The notes: a model not told the origin generated them from the sequence alone. A DNA stretch of 64,000 nucleotides from an uncultured delta proteobacterium (GCA_963787125.1 CAWBBV010000023.1:128001-192000), one strand, 5' to 3'. Positions 26,713 through 37,004 are shown, counted from the stretch's first letter. Translations and numbers: made by a program.

Positions 26713-27277
26713 CGGGGCGACACCACTTGACGCCGATGAAGCGCAGGGGCTGCTTCTTTCCCATATCACCAGTCGGGGCGAGCTTGATCGCTTTGAACAG
26801 GAAAATATCAGCGAAGCGGAAGCGTGGGCATTTAGGCGCAAGCCGAAAGATATTCTTACGGTTGGCTTTATCAAGCGAGCGCACAAAAGGATGTTTGGTC
26901 ATATCTGGCGCTGGGCAGGAGAGAGGCGCAACAGCGGCAAGAATATTGGTGTCGCAACATGGCAGATAGAGGGCGATTTGCAGAATCTCTGCGCCGATTG
27001 CGCTGCCTGGATCGAATACCGCAGCTATCCGCCGGATGAGATTGCGGTACGTTTTCATCACCGACTTACCGCAATTCACCCATTTCCCAACGGCAACGGA
27101 CGACATGCGAGGCTGATGACTGATATATTGTTGGTTCATCTGCTTGGGCAGACACGCTTTACCTGGGGGAGTGAAAACCTGGTTAATGCCGGTGACTGTC
27201 GGCAACAGTATATCAACGCACTCCGCGCTGCCGACCGCCACGATTACAGCCTGCTGCTGGCATTTGTCCGGTCTTGA
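26687..27277 (+). pseudogene. Mobile mystery protein B (Fic domain); no canonical in-frame start
   Basis: Frame of the 26891 ORF reads GLHIFDYSDGATPLDADEAQGL... from 26687, with no ATG/GTG/TTG after the stop at 26657; Fic motif HPFPNGNGRHAR intact. Confidence 0.7.
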
Positions 27278-27305
27278 ATTTAGACGGGATGTTAATTTGA
27301 AGCAA

Positions 27306-27428
27306 ATGGATAGTACCTTGACCCTCACCCACCAAACCCTCGAATTTCTTCGCCAAAACCACCCAGCCTGGCGGCTTATTTGCGCCGGTCATACGCCGCT
27401 GATTGCCAGCTTTTAGCACCCGGCTTTG
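27306..27428 (+). pseudogene. jetA: Wadjet JetA (DUF3375) N-terminal relic
   Basis: LTLTHQTLEFLRQNHPAWRLICAGHTPLIASF*HRAL resembles the DUF3375 N-terminus; TAG at the expected Leu position. Confidence 0.7.
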
Positions 27429-27576
27429 GGCGGTAGACGGGGAGATATGGCAGGCAGCATTGTTAATAAGGACATGACGCCGGTGTAGGGAGACATTGCT
27501 TAATTCCGCTGAAAAGTGTTAAGGTTATCAGGCTGGGGTAGGGTGGGATAACCGGCCGGATGGGCTGAGAAAACGA

Positions 27577-28299
27577 ATGAAACGATTGCTGTTCACCATA
27601 GCCATGCTTGCGTCCATTGCCTGGCGCTCTGAGAGCCGGGCGGATATTTACCGTTTTGACGGCGATGATGAGGTTGTCTATTTTTCCGACTCACCCAATG
27701 ACAAGCGCTACCAGCTGGTTATGAAAGAGCCGCAGAACCGCGCTGCCGTGAGCGGCAAGGGGAAGTCCCACCCTGTTGCGAAGCAGCCTGAAGCGCCACC
27801 AGTCCCGTCTGACAGCGACAGCTCCGCCAGGATCCTGCCGATAGACGGGGTCATAACATCAAGAACCGGTCTCAGGACAGACCCTTTCAACGGCAGGCTG
27901 ACACATCATAACGGCCTGGATATTGCCGCTCCAAGCGGCACGCCGGTAAAACCGGTGGCGGCAGGGACGGTTATTTTCAGCGGCTGGAAAGGCGGTTATG
28001 GTAATACGGTTATTCTGGATCATCATGACGGCATGGTAACCGTTTATGCGCACCATTCCAGTAACAGTGTCAGTGAGGGCGACAGCGTTGATGTGAACAG
28101 TGTCATTGCTCTGACCGGCTCTACCGGTCGTTCAACCGGCCCGCATCTGCATTTTGAGGCCTGGCAGAAGGGCAACAATATTACCGCTGATTTTATGCCG
28201 GGCGGCTTCTCGGGGAGTTCCGAAACCACGCTTGCCAAAGCTCCCATCCGTCGGCTGCTTCAGGATGACGGCACCCTTCTTTTTACCAATCTGCGCTGA
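27577..28299 (+). CDS. M23 metallopeptidase with DUF4124-like N-terminus
   Basis: HNGLDIA, GYGN, YAH, STGPHLHFE; signal peptide followed by IYRF..D..VYFSD. Confidence 0.88.
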   Translation: MKRLLFTIAMLASIAWRSESRADIYRFDGDDEVVYFSDSPNDKRYQLVMKEPQNRAAVSGKGKSHPVAKQPEAPPVPSDSDSSARILPIDGVITSRTGLRTDPFNGRLTHHNGLDIAAPSGTPVKPVAAGTVIFSGWKGGYGNTVILDHHDGMVTVYAHHSSNSVSEGDSVDVNSVIALTGSTGRSTGPHLHFEAWQKGNNITADFMPGGFSGSSETTLAKAPIRRLLQDDGTLLFTNLR

Positions 28300-28313
28300 G
28301 TTTTTTCAACAAA

Positions 28314-30320
28314 TCAAGGTCTGATCTCCGGAGGCGGCCCGTCTACGTCCGCTGACGGCACAATCTCCGGCAGTGGCTGCAAGGGCGCTCCCCCATGCTG
28401 GGGGCAACTGCTGGTCGGCTCGGTCCCTTTAAGGTAGAATTCATCTACTTTCTCCGGGCAGTCGGCGTTCGCTCTCAGGCCGCTAGCCGGGTCGATAGTG
28501 ATCTTGACAACCGTCTCCGGCTGAGGGAAGTCGAGAGCCGCTCTGGCGGCCAGTGCCGGTCGCATGAACTTCTCCCAGATCGGCGCAGCGACTCCGCCGC
28601 CGGTAAAGCCTTTGCCCCCGGGCTTTGGCTGGTCATAGCCCACCCAGATGCCGGTCACCACTTGCGGTGTATAGCCGATGAACCAGGCGTCGCGGTACTC
28701 ATCGGTCGTGCCGGTCTTCCCGGCTGCGGGGCGTTCACTGCTGAACTTTCTGAGCGATTTTGCTGTACCGTAGGTCATGACATCTTTGAGAATACTGGTG
28801 GTGATAAAGGCGGTTGCGGGCGAGAGCGCCGGGTTCACCATCGGTGGATTTTCTGCTGATGTCCGCCGGTTGCGGTCGTAGATGCGGATTATGAGCCGGG
28901 CTTCAGACCTTAGTCCGCCATTGGCCAGCGGGGTGTAGGCCTGCACCAGTTCCTGCAGGGTCACTTCTGCCGTCCCGAGTGCCAGGGAAAGATCATTTCT
29001 GGCCGTCAGGTTCAGCCCTGTTTTGGCGGCAAATTCAGTAAAATAGGGGATGCCGATGGTCTCCAGCAGTTTCACGGTAATCACATTGTTTGACAGGGCA
29101 AGAGCCCGTCTCAGGGTAAGGCTGCCGTACTGCTCGCGACCGTAATTCATGGGCGTCCATGAACTGCCGGTGCCGCTGCTGTAAGTGATCGGCGCATCAT
29201 TCCAGACGCTGGCGGCACTGATCCCTTTGTCCACTGCTGCGGCATAGATAAGTGGTTTGATAGCGGAACCGGGTTGACGCTTTGCGTATAGCGCCCGGTT
29301 ATAGCTGTTTTTGCCGGAATCAGTCCCGCCGACAAAAGCCAGCAGGTCACCGCTTGCCGTATCAAGGCATACGAGCGCACCCTGCAGCTTCGGCGATACC
29401 TTTTTAACCCCGTCACGCAGGGTGCGTTCTGCCAGTGTCTGCAGATTAAGATCCATCCCGGTGGCAATATCAAGCCCGCCGATTTCAATGATATCCTTGC
29501 CGAAGCGTTCGATCAGTTTGAGTTTGACATGGTTCAGATATTCCGGTGCCTGACCGGGCTGCATAAAGGTAACCCGCTGCGCCCGGAGCTGCTCTTTGTA
29601 GAGCGGGTTGATGGCATTGGTCTCTACCATTCGCTTCAGGACAACATCCCGCCGTAGAACAACTTTTTTCGACTCACCTAGTGGATTATAACGACCCGGA
29701 TTTTTCGGGATTCCTGCCAGCAGGGCGGACTCGGCGTCGCTTAGTTCATCGGGGTTTTTGTCAAAATAGATTCTGGCGGCCTGAGCTATCCCCCAGGCAC
29801 CATTGCCGTAGTAAATTTCATTAAAGTACATCTCCAGAATCTGCCTCTTGGTGTACTTTTGCTCGAATTCGACCGCCATCACCGCTTCATTGATTTTCCG
29901 GTCTATGGATTTCTCAGCGGTCAGGTATCTGTTTTTTATCAGCTGCTGGGTGATGGTCGAACCCCCTTCAGCCATTCGCCCTTTGACCACATTTTTTACC
30001 ATTGCCCTGGCTATGCCGCGCACATCGATGCCGCCATGCTCATAAAAACGGGCATCCTCCACCGCCACCAGCGCCTTCTGGAGAAAGACCGGAATCCGTT
30101 CAAGCGGCGTCCAGTAACGCACCTCCGGCATGATCCGACCCACATAGCGTCCTTCCCGGTCAAAGACTTTGATGGAGGAGTAGGCAGGGGGGAGGATAGG
30201 GTAGGTGGCGATTGCCTCAAGTGCCAGAGCTTTCGGGGCGAAACCGGTGATCAGGAGGAAGAAAAACAGAACTGAAAAAGAAAACTGTTTTCGAAAAATG
30301 GATGAAAAATGGACGATCAA
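28314..30320 (-). CDS. Class A penicillin-binding protein (PBP1A family)
   Basis: EDARFYEHGG, GGSTITQQLIKN, SAIK, SNN, KTG. Confidence 0.92.
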   Translation of the reverse strand: MIVHFSSIFRKQFSFSVLFFFLLITGFAPKALALEAIATYPILPPAYSSIKVFDREGRYVGRIMPEVRYWTPLERIPVFLQKALVAVEDARFYEHGGIDVRGIARAMVKNVVKGRMAEGGSTITQQLIKNRYLTAEKSIDRKINEAVMAVEFEQKYTKRQILEMYFNEIYYGNGAWGIAQAARIYFDKNPDELSDAESALLAGIPKNPGRYNPLGESKKVVLRRDVVLKRMVETNAINPLYKEQLRAQRVTFMQPGQAPEYLNHVKLKLIERFGKDIIEIGGLDIATGMDLNLQTLAERTLRDGVKKVSPKLQGALVCLDTASGDLLAFVGGTDSGKNSYNRALYAKRQPGSAIKPLIYAAAVDKGISAASVWNDAPITYSSGTGSSWTPMNYGREQYGSLTLRRALALSNNVITVKLLETIGIPYFTEFAAKTGLNLTARNDLSLALGTAEVTLQELVQAYTPLANGGLRSEARLIIRIYDRNRRTSAENPPMVNPALSPATAFITTSILKDVMTYGTAKSLRKFSSERPAAGKTGTTDEYRDAWFIGYTPQVVTGIWVGYDQPKPGGKGFTGGGVAAPIWEKFMRPALAARAALDFPQPETVVKITIDPASGLRANADCPEKVDEFYLKGTEPTSSCPQHGGAPLQPLPEIVPSADVDGPPPEIRP

Positions 30321-30373
30321 ATTATCGATACTCCCTTTTTGCAGTGACTAAAAAAATGATACTACCGTGCTGA

Positions 30374-31582
30374 TTATTGGTGAATGTCCCTGAGCTGCTT
30401 CGTTACCTTTTCAACAATATAGGCGCTAATAGGAATGGCCGAAGTGGCCGCCGGTGACGGTGCATTGCAGACCGCCAGGGTGCGGCGGGTGTTGACAAAG
30501 AGGAAATCATGCACCATTTCGCCACTTCTGGTGACTGCCTGGGCGCGAATCCCTGCCGGGTAATCATGCAGATCGGCGACGGTCAGTTTTGGGCAGTATT
30601 TGCGCACCAGTTCCAGGTAGCCATTTTTGTCCAGGCTGTTCTTCAACTCTGTCAGGCTGACTTTGAAATAGGTAAGCAGCACCTTGATGAGCCCGGGATA
30701 GGTAAGTATTTCCAGGCTGTCCCGCAGGCTGAAATCCAGTCTGCCGTACCCCTCCCGCTTGAAGGCCAGCACAGCATTGGGGCCGACAGTTACGCTGCCG
30801 TCAATCATCCGGGTAAGATGAACGCCGAGAAAGGGGAGTTCCGGGTCGGGAATCGGGTAGATCAGGTGATTGACGATATTGTTGTGCTTCTCACCGAGGA
30901 GAAAGTAGTCGCCGCGGAAGGGTGCGATGATGAAGTCGGGTTCAATTCCCAGCATTCGTACTAAACGGTCAGCCATAACCCCGGCACAGGCCACCAGGAA
31001 CCGGCCTTCAAAGCTGCCGCCAGAGGTTCGCACGGTGATACTTTCCGGCTGCTCCTTGATCCCGCTGACTTCGTAGTTAAAGCGAATTTCTCCCCCGGCC
31101 TGCACCAGCTGTTCAGCCATTTTCACCGTGATTTCCGTATAACTGACAATGCCAGTCGACGGCACCAGCAGAGCGCCGAGTCCGGTGATATTCGGCTCGG
31201 CAGAGCGCAGCTCTTCGGCCGTCAGTACCTTTACGGGGATCTGATTCTCCCGGCAACGAATGATCAGCGCCTCCATCCGCGCCAGTTCCGCCTTGTCTGT
31301 CGCCACCAGCAACTTGCCACATTCAGCAAATTTGATCCCGTGCTCACGGCAAAAAGCTTTGGTTGCCAGGTTCCCTTCCCGGCAGAATTGTGCCTTCAGG
31401 CTCCCCGGCGCATAATAGACACCGGCATGAATCACCCCGGAGTTGCGCCCGGTTTGATGACAGGCAGGCCGATTCTCCTTTTCCAGTACCAGTACCGAGT
31501 GCCCTGGAAATTCCTGCTGCAGTTTCCGGGCAGTGGCGATACCGATAATGCCGGCACCGATGACAATAAAATCGAAGGTCAT
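30374..31582 (-). CDS. lhgO: L-2-hydroxyglutarate oxidase
   Basis: GAGIIG, HQTGRNSGVIHAGVYY, PFLGVHLT, NAPSPAATS. Confidence 0.9.
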   Translation of the reverse strand: MTFDFIVIGAGIIGIATARKLQQEFPGHSVLVLEKENRPACHQTGRNSGVIHAGVYYAPGSLKAQFCREGNLATKAFCREHGIKFAECGKLLVATDKAELARMEALIIRCRENQIPVKVLTAEELRSAEPNITGLGALLVPSTGIVSYTEITVKMAEQLVQAGGEIRFNYEVSGIKEQPESITVRTSGGSFEGRFLVACAGVMADRLVRMLGIEPDFIIAPFRGDYFLLGEKHNNIVNHLIYPIPDPELPFLGVHLTRMIDGSVTVGPNAVLAFKREGYGRLDFSLRDSLEILTYPGLIKVLLTYFKVSLTELKNSLDKNGYLELVRKYCPKLTVADLHDYPAGIRAQAVTRSGEMVHDFLFVNTRRTLAVCNAPSPAATSAIPISAYIVEKVTKQLRDIHQ

Positions 31583-31670
31583 GGTATGGATCCTCTTCAC
31601 CTGATAATGCTCTTGACCGTTAAATTACAGGGTGCTGACTTTGTAGCCGTTTTTGCCGCCGGCATCATGC

Positions 31671-32681
31671 TCACTTCCTGCCAAGAAATCTTGCTTCGAT
31701 GAAGCTTGCAACCATATCCGGTGAATTCAGGTCGAGAACCGGCACGTCAAGCTGTAGTGCCTCATCACTGGCAACGGCAATCAGGGTCGGATCGTGATTC
31801 TCCCCGCGGCAAAGCAACGTTTCACTCCGCTCTTTGCGATGCACCTCTATCTTTGGCAGGTCGCTCTGTTTAAAACCTTCGGTCAGAACCATATCCACAT
31901 CGGTGAAGTAGGTTGCAAGCAGCTCTCGTATCGGGGGGGCGGCCTGATGCTTCTTGACCAGGGCGAGTTTTTCCGGCGAAGTGATCAGCATGGTGTCGGC
32001 GCCGGCAGCAGTGAGGCGATGTGAATCTTTCCCCGGATGGTCGATATCAAAGGCGTGGGCATCATGCTTGATGACGCCGATTTTCCAGCCCCGCTCCTTC
32101 AGGATGGTGATTACCTTTTCCAGCAGCGTTGTCTTGCCGGTGCCGGACTTGGCGACAAAGGAGACTGCCGGTAGCGACTGCAGCTTTTTTGCAGGTGAAA
32201 CGGCACAATCGTCCGGATCACCTTTCATCTTGGCCACACCATGAGGTATGGCCGCCCAGATGGCGGCCAGGTTTTCAATCGCCCCTTTCGGGCTGCCGGG
32301 GAGGTTGATGATCAGCGTTTCATTCCTGATGCCGGCGATTGCCCGTGACAGGTGCGCATTGGGGGTGATGGCGGCGCTTGAGCGGCGCATCTCTTCCCCC
32401 AGGCCCGGAATCTCCCGGTCAAGCACCTTTCTGGTGGCGTCCGGGGTCACATCCCGGGGGGATACGCCGGTGCCGCCGCAGGTGATGATAAGGTCGAACC
32501 TGCCTGAATCAGACCATTCCTTCAGGGTCGCCTCGATCTGGAGCGCTTCATCGGGGATCATGGCGGAATGAACAACCTGGGCCTCTTTTCCTGCCAGCCA
32601 GATGGTAAGAGCCGGGCCGCTTGTGTCAACCCGTTCACCTCTTGAGCCTTTGTCGCTCAGTATCAGCAGTGCAGTTTTCAT
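31671..32681 (-). CDS. Fused MogA/MoaB - MobB molybdopterin biosynthesis protein
   Basis: GGTGVSPRDVTPDAT and NLPGSPKG, then SGTGKTTLLEK, IKHDAH, EGFK. Confidence 0.9.
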   Translation of the reverse strand: MKTALLILSDKGSRGERVDTSGPALTIWLAGKEAQVVHSAMIPDEALQIEATLKEWSDSGRFDLIITCGGTGVSPRDVTPDATRKVLDREIPGLGEEMRRSSAAITPNAHLSRAIAGIRNETLIINLPGSPKGAIENLAAIWAAIPHGVAKMKGDPDDCAVSPAKKLQSLPAVSFVAKSGTGKTTLLEKVITILKERGWKIGVIKHDAHAFDIDHPGKDSHRLTAAGADTMLITSPEKLALVKKHQAAPPIRELLATYFTDVDMVLTEGFKQSDLPKIEVHRKERSETLLCRGENHDPTLIAVASDEALQLDVPVLDLNSPDMVASFIEARFLGRK

Positions 32682-33160
32682 TGCTCTTCTCCCCGTCGGT
32701 AAATGCCGGATTTGCCCCCCTCTTTGAAGAGGAGCTTGATCTCGCCGATAGTTATACTTTTGTCAGCCCCTTTGCACATGTCGTAGATCGTCAGGGCGGT
32801 CACGCTGGCTGCGGTCATCGCCTCCATTTCCACCCCGGTTCGCTCAAAGGCCCTGACTGTCGCTGTCGCTTCTATGCAACCGGCGTCAGCGTCAACAGTG
32901 AAGTCGATGGCTACGTGATGGATTGCCAGCGGGTGGGAAAGGGGGATCAGCTCAGAGGTTTTTTTTACTGCGGCAATGCCGGCAATTCTGGCAACGCCAA
33001 GTACATCCCCTTTAGTGGTTACCCCGGCAACGATATTTCTGATGATTTCCGGCGCAATTATAACCCTGGCTGCTGCAATTGCCGTCCTCATGGTCGGCTC
33101 TTTCTGGCTGACATCGACCATGATTGCCTGGCCAGCGGCGTCAAAGTGATTGAAACTCAT
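32678..33160 (-). CDS. moaC: Cyclic pyranopterin monophosphate synthase
   Basis: MVDVSQK, KGDVL, LIPLSH, TGVEMEA, IYDMCK. Confidence 0.95.
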   Translation of the reverse strand: MSFNHFDAAGQAIMVDVSQKEPTMRTAIAAARVIIAPEIIRNIVAGVTTKGDVLGVARIAGIAAVKKTSELIPLSHPLAIHHVAIDFTVDADAGCIEATATVRAFERTGVEMEAMTAASVTALTIYDMCKGADKSITIGEIKLLFKEGGKSGIYRRGEEQ

Positions 33161-33171
33161 CCTGGTTTCTC

Positions 33172-33642
33172 CTATTCAAGTTTATCGGTCTGGCGTAAAG
33201 CTTCATACAGGACTATTCCGGCGGCAGTGGAAAGGTTGAGGCTGCGCACTTTGCCGGCCATGGGGATACGGATACTCGTGCCCGGATTGGCATCGATCAG
33301 TTCGTCGGGGAGTCCCTTGGTCTCTTTGCCAAAGACAATAAAATCGCCCTCAATGAACCGGAAAAATACGTGTGGCAGCGCTGCTTTCTTGCTGGTGTAG
33401 ATCAGGCGTGCGCCCGGATAGGCGACCTGGAGAGATTCAAGGTCAGGCCAGTAGTTGATATCCACTTCGCTCCAGTAATCGAGCCCGGCTCTTTTAAGCT
33501 GCCGGTCGTCAGTTGAGAAGCCGAGTTTGCCGACCAGATGGAGGACCGTGCCGGTGGCTCCGCAGAGACGGGCGATATTGCCGGTATTCGGCGGAATCTC
33601 CGGTTCAATAAGGACAATATGAAAGGGGCGTGAAATGGTCAT
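33172..33642 (-). CDS. trmL: tRNA (cytidine34-2'-O)-methyltransferase
   Basis: PEIPPNTGNIARLC, RAGLDYW, FGKETKGLP, RSLNLS. Confidence 0.95.
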   Translation of the reverse strand: MTISRPFHIVLIEPEIPPNTGNIARLCGATGTVLHLVGKLGFSTDDRQLKRAGLDYWSEVDINYWPDLESLQVAYPGARLIYTSKKAALPHVFFRFIEGDFIVFGKETKGLPDELIDANPGTSIRIPMAGKVRSLNLSTAAGIVLYEALRQTDKLE

Positions 33643-33764
33643 TGAGCTCCGAAAGGAGACTGTCCGGCTTAAATTCCCTAAGTCCGATAGTCACCTGGTA
33701 TTGCAATTTTTGACTTGGGGGGCTATTATGCAATTTTTTCAAACGGAAGACAAGGAGAGCATAT

Positions 33765-35363
33765 ATGAAGGTTATTGTTACTGATGAGGTTGCTGCTGAA
33801 GGGCTGGCACTTCTTGAGCAGGATCCTCGCATAGAGATGGATGTGAAACTTGGTCTCTCCAAGGAAGAGCTGCTGGCGGTCATAGGTAATTACGAAGTTA
33901 TCATTACCCGTAGCGGCACCAATGTGGACAAGGATGTTCTCGACGCCGGTACCAGACTGAAACTCGTTGCCCGGGCCGGGGTCGGTATTGATAATGTTGA
34001 TGTGGATTATGCCAGCAGTCGTGGTGTGATAGTTGTCAATGCGCCGTTCGGCAATACCAATAGTGCTGCCGAGCATACCATGGCGCTGCTGCTCTCTGCC
34101 TGCCGCAATGTCACCAAGGCTAATGCCAGTCTTAAAAACGGTGAATGGAAGCGCGCTCCCTTTACCGGTGTTGAACTGAAAGGGAAAACTGCCGGCGTCA
34201 TCGGTCTTGGCAAGGTCGGCGGGCGTGTGGCTACCCGCCTGAAAGCCTTTGAATGCGAGGTTCTCGCCTGCGATCCCTACATTGCCGTCAAAAGAGCCCA
34301 TGATCTGGGCGTCAAGCTGGTTTCACACGAGGAAATTTATAAGAACTGCGACATCATCACCGTTCACACCCCGCTCAATGATGAAACCCGCAACATGATC
34401 GGCATGCGTGAGTTTGCCATGATGCAGGACGGCGTTATTGTTCTCAACGTCGCCCGCGGCGGTGTTATTAATGAAGAGGCGCTGCTGGAGAACCTGAAAA
34501 ACGGCAAGATCGGCCTCTCGGCAATCGATGTCTACAGCGTCGAACCGCCTAAATCAGACGTTCTCAAGGAGCTGATTGCCCAGGAAAAACTGGTTGTTAC
34601 TCCCCATCTCGGCGCAAATACCCATGAAGCGCAGATTAATGTTGCGGTTGATGTGTCACGGGAGATTCTCAATTACCTCGATGAACAGCCGTTGGAAAAT
34701 GCCGTCAATATCCCGCGCTTTGATATGGCGCTGATGGATCAGATGCGCCCATTTATGAATCTTATCCGCGTCATGTGTGATTTCGGTATCCAGCTGGTTG
34801 AAAGCAACCCGGCCAAAGTTACTTTCGGCTATACCGGTCAGATTGCTCATTATGACTGCTCGCCCCTGACAGTATTCGGCCTGTCCGCACTTCTTAACCG
34901 CATGGTTGATCAGGATGTTAACATGGTCAATGCTTCGCTGATTGCCGAGCAGATGGGGATCGTCGTTGACGAAAGCAAGTCGACCCACTCCGATGCTTTT
35001 TCCAATCTTGTCACACTGGTAATTGAGGGGGCTGACGGGAAGAGGAGGCTGATAGCCGGGACACTTTTCGAAGGGGCTCCACGGATCGTTCGCCTCCGCG
35101 ACTACTCCATGGATTTCACCCCGGCCGAGCATATGCTGCTCCTGCACTACGGCGACAGACCGGGCATGATCGGCAAGATCGGGACGATCATCGGCAAGCA
35201 TGAAATCAATATTGCCGCCATGAACCTGGGCAGAAGCGAGAAAAAAGGTGAGGCGATGGTTATACTTTCCCTTGATTCAGCTGTGCCACAGGAAGTTCTG
35301 ACCGAGGTCGGTCAGGCTACCGAAGCATCTTTTATCAAGGCGATCCATTTGCCGGGGAAATGA
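33765..35363 (+). CDS. serA: D-3-phosphoglycerate dehydrogenase
   Basis: RAGVGIDNVD, GLGKVG, TPHLGA; C-terminal ACT domain DRPGMIG. Confidence 0.95.
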   Translation: MKVIVTDEVAAEGLALLEQDPRIEMDVKLGLSKEELLAVIGNYEVIITRSGTNVDKDVLDAGTRLKLVARAGVGIDNVDVDYASSRGVIVVNAPFGNTNSAAEHTMALLLSACRNVTKANASLKNGEWKRAPFTGVELKGKTAGVIGLGKVGGRVATRLKAFECEVLACDPYIAVKRAHDLGVKLVSHEEIYKNCDIITVHTPLNDETRNMIGMREFAMMQDGVIVLNVARGGVINEEALLENLKNGKIGLSAIDVYSVEPPKSDVLKELIAQEKLVVTPHLGANTHEAQINVAVDVSREILNYLDEQPLENAVNIPRFDMALMDQMRPFMNLIRVMCDFGIQLVESNPAKVTFGYTGQIAHYDCSPLTVFGLSALLNRMVDQDVNMVNASLIAEQMGIVVDESKSTHSDAFSNLVTLVIEGADGKRRLIAGTLFEGAPRIVRLRDYSMDFTPAEHMLLLHYGDRPGMIGKIGTIIGKHEINIAAMNLGRSEKKGEAMVILSLDSAVPQEVLTEVGQATEASFIKAIHLPGK

Positions 35364-35662
35364 TCTTTACGGTTTTTCGGAAATGGAGGGAAAGGGGGTA
35401 CAGCTGGCGGGCGGCAGTAGCTGGGTTCAGCGAGCAACTTTCAAACTATACTCCGATAAAAAAATTTAAAACAGACTGTTTTTTTGGTTTTAGGGTGGTA
35501 ATATTTAATCAGAAGCAACGGAGTTCAATCTGCAAAAAAGGAGGGTTACACTATAGAGGACACTCCACCATGCAGGTTTCATACAGTTGACTGAAGTACC
35601 ACTCTGGAGGTAGCAAGAGCCAGAACAGACCTTGAAAAGGGTAGACGGTAAGATAAATAAAG

Positions 35663-35690
35663 AAGCCCACCGAACATTTGGTGGGCTTTT
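35663..35690. terminator. Bidirectional intrinsic terminator
   Basis: AAGCCCACC-N8-GGTGGGCTTTT between convergent units. Confidence 0.7.
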
Positions 35691-35697
35691 CATTTTC

Positions 35698-36045
35698 CTA
35701 CCAGTGCCAACCTGAAAACCAACCCGGGCAATCATTCCCCTCCCAGGTGCCATAAATAATCCTGCCGTTTCTGTCCGCTTCCAACAGGCGGATACAATAT
35801 TTATCTTCAGGCTTGAGCGCCGGTCTTTTAGCGTTCGGCTGCGCAAGGACGCCATCAAAGCTGTTCCAGAGCAGAATATGCTTCCCCTCCAGTTTCAACT
35901 CCTCGGAAGGCTTGCCCCATGAAGCTATTACTGCAGTTACTTGCCGGTTCTGCCGGGATGAAATGGCATAATTCATGGCTTGGGGAGCACAGCCGGCTAA
36001 AGTGCTTAGTAGAAAGGTCGGCAGTATCAGAATTAATAAGCGCAT
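35698..36045 (-). CDS. Hypothetical lipoprotein
   Basis: AAGGAG RBS; lipobox LAGC; WGKP motif. Confidence 0.65.
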   Translation of the reverse strand: MRLLILILPTFLLSTLAGCAPQAMNYAISSRQNRQVTAVIASWGKPSEELKLEGKHILLWNSFDGVLAQPNAKRPALKPEDKYCIRLLEADRNGRIIYGTWEGNDCPGWFSGWHW

Positions 36046-36062
36046 GGTTCTCCTTCCCATAA

Positions 36063-37004
36063 TCAAGAGAAAATCAGCAGATGCATAATGCCGCGCAGGA
36101 GTATCCCGATTGCGGCTCCGGCAATTGCCGGACGGGCTATTGAGGCGCAGCGGCTCCCTGCTGAGATCAACACCGCAACTCCGACCAGGTCGCAGGGGTT
36201 GGTTATGAAGCCGGCCATCCGGTTCAGCTCCTGGACTGTAATGGCGCCCTCTTTCAGCAGGTTGATGGTGACGCCCATCATGGCAGTGCCGCCAGCCAGG
36301 TATTTGGTGGCAAGCGGCAGCACGGCTACGGTCGGAAAGCCGAGGAGTTTGAACAGCGGCGCCAGGATTATCTCCAGCTGACCGATAGCGCCGATTGCCT
36401 TGAGAATGTTTACCAGAAAAATTGCCAGAATCAGCAGCGGAATCGTACCGAGAATGACTTGGACAGCTTCCTGGCCGCCGACAATCATCAGGTTGAGAAT
36501 CGTGGTTTTTCGTCCATTTGGCACTGCTGGAATAAAAGCGGTTTCATGAGAGGGGGTGGCGTCAGCCGATCTGGCAAACAGGTAGTAGGTGAGGGCTGCT
36601 GCGGCCAGTCCGCCGCTGATGGAGGTGAGCATGATTACCCCGAGGTTCAGGCCGACAGAGACCATGGGGAACACAACGTTTGCCTGGGAAAGGGTCAGGA
36701 TCATAGCGAGGGTGGCGGCAATCTGCCGTTTGGAGGTGCCGTCTTTTTCCATAATTGTCAAGGTGGCGAGGGGAGCGGCAAAGCTGACCAAAAGCATCTG
36801 GACAATGGCAAAAGCTCCGGCGCCGGGGATGCCGAATAACCGCAAAAGCGGCTGCAGCAGCCGCGCCACGAAAGCCAGAAACCCGCGAGCCTCTGCGACC
36901 TTCATCAGGGCCATCATGACCACCAGTACCGGCAGCAGTACATATAAAGCCAGATCCAGACCGGCTTTGCCTGACTGGAGGATAATTTTTACCAGCTCTT
37001 CCAT
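36063..37004 (-). CDS. Nucleoside recognition (Gate) domain membrane protein
   Basis: Two hydrophobic Gate-like halves (L.PL.RL.G.P). Confidence 0.7.
   Translation of the reverse strand: MEELVKIILQSGKAGLDLALYVLLPVLVVMMALMKVAEARGFLAFVARLLQPLLRLFGIPGAGAFAIVQMLLVSFAAPLATLTIMEKDGTSKRQIAATLAMILTLSQANVVFPMVSVGLNLGVIMLTSISGGLAAAALTYYLFARSADATPSHETAFIPAVPNGRKTTILNLMIVGGQEAVQVILGTIPLLILAIFLVNILKAIGAIGQLEIILAPLFKLLGFPTVAVLPLATKYLAGGTAMMGVTINLLKEGAITVQELNRMAGFITNPCDLVGVAVLISAGSRCASIARPAIAGAAIGILLRGIMHLLIFS

Noticed and set aside
26679..26969. 96-aa TTG ORF as mobile mystery B N-terminus
   Set aside because: Wrong frame; the B-like sequence is in the frame of the 26891 ORF
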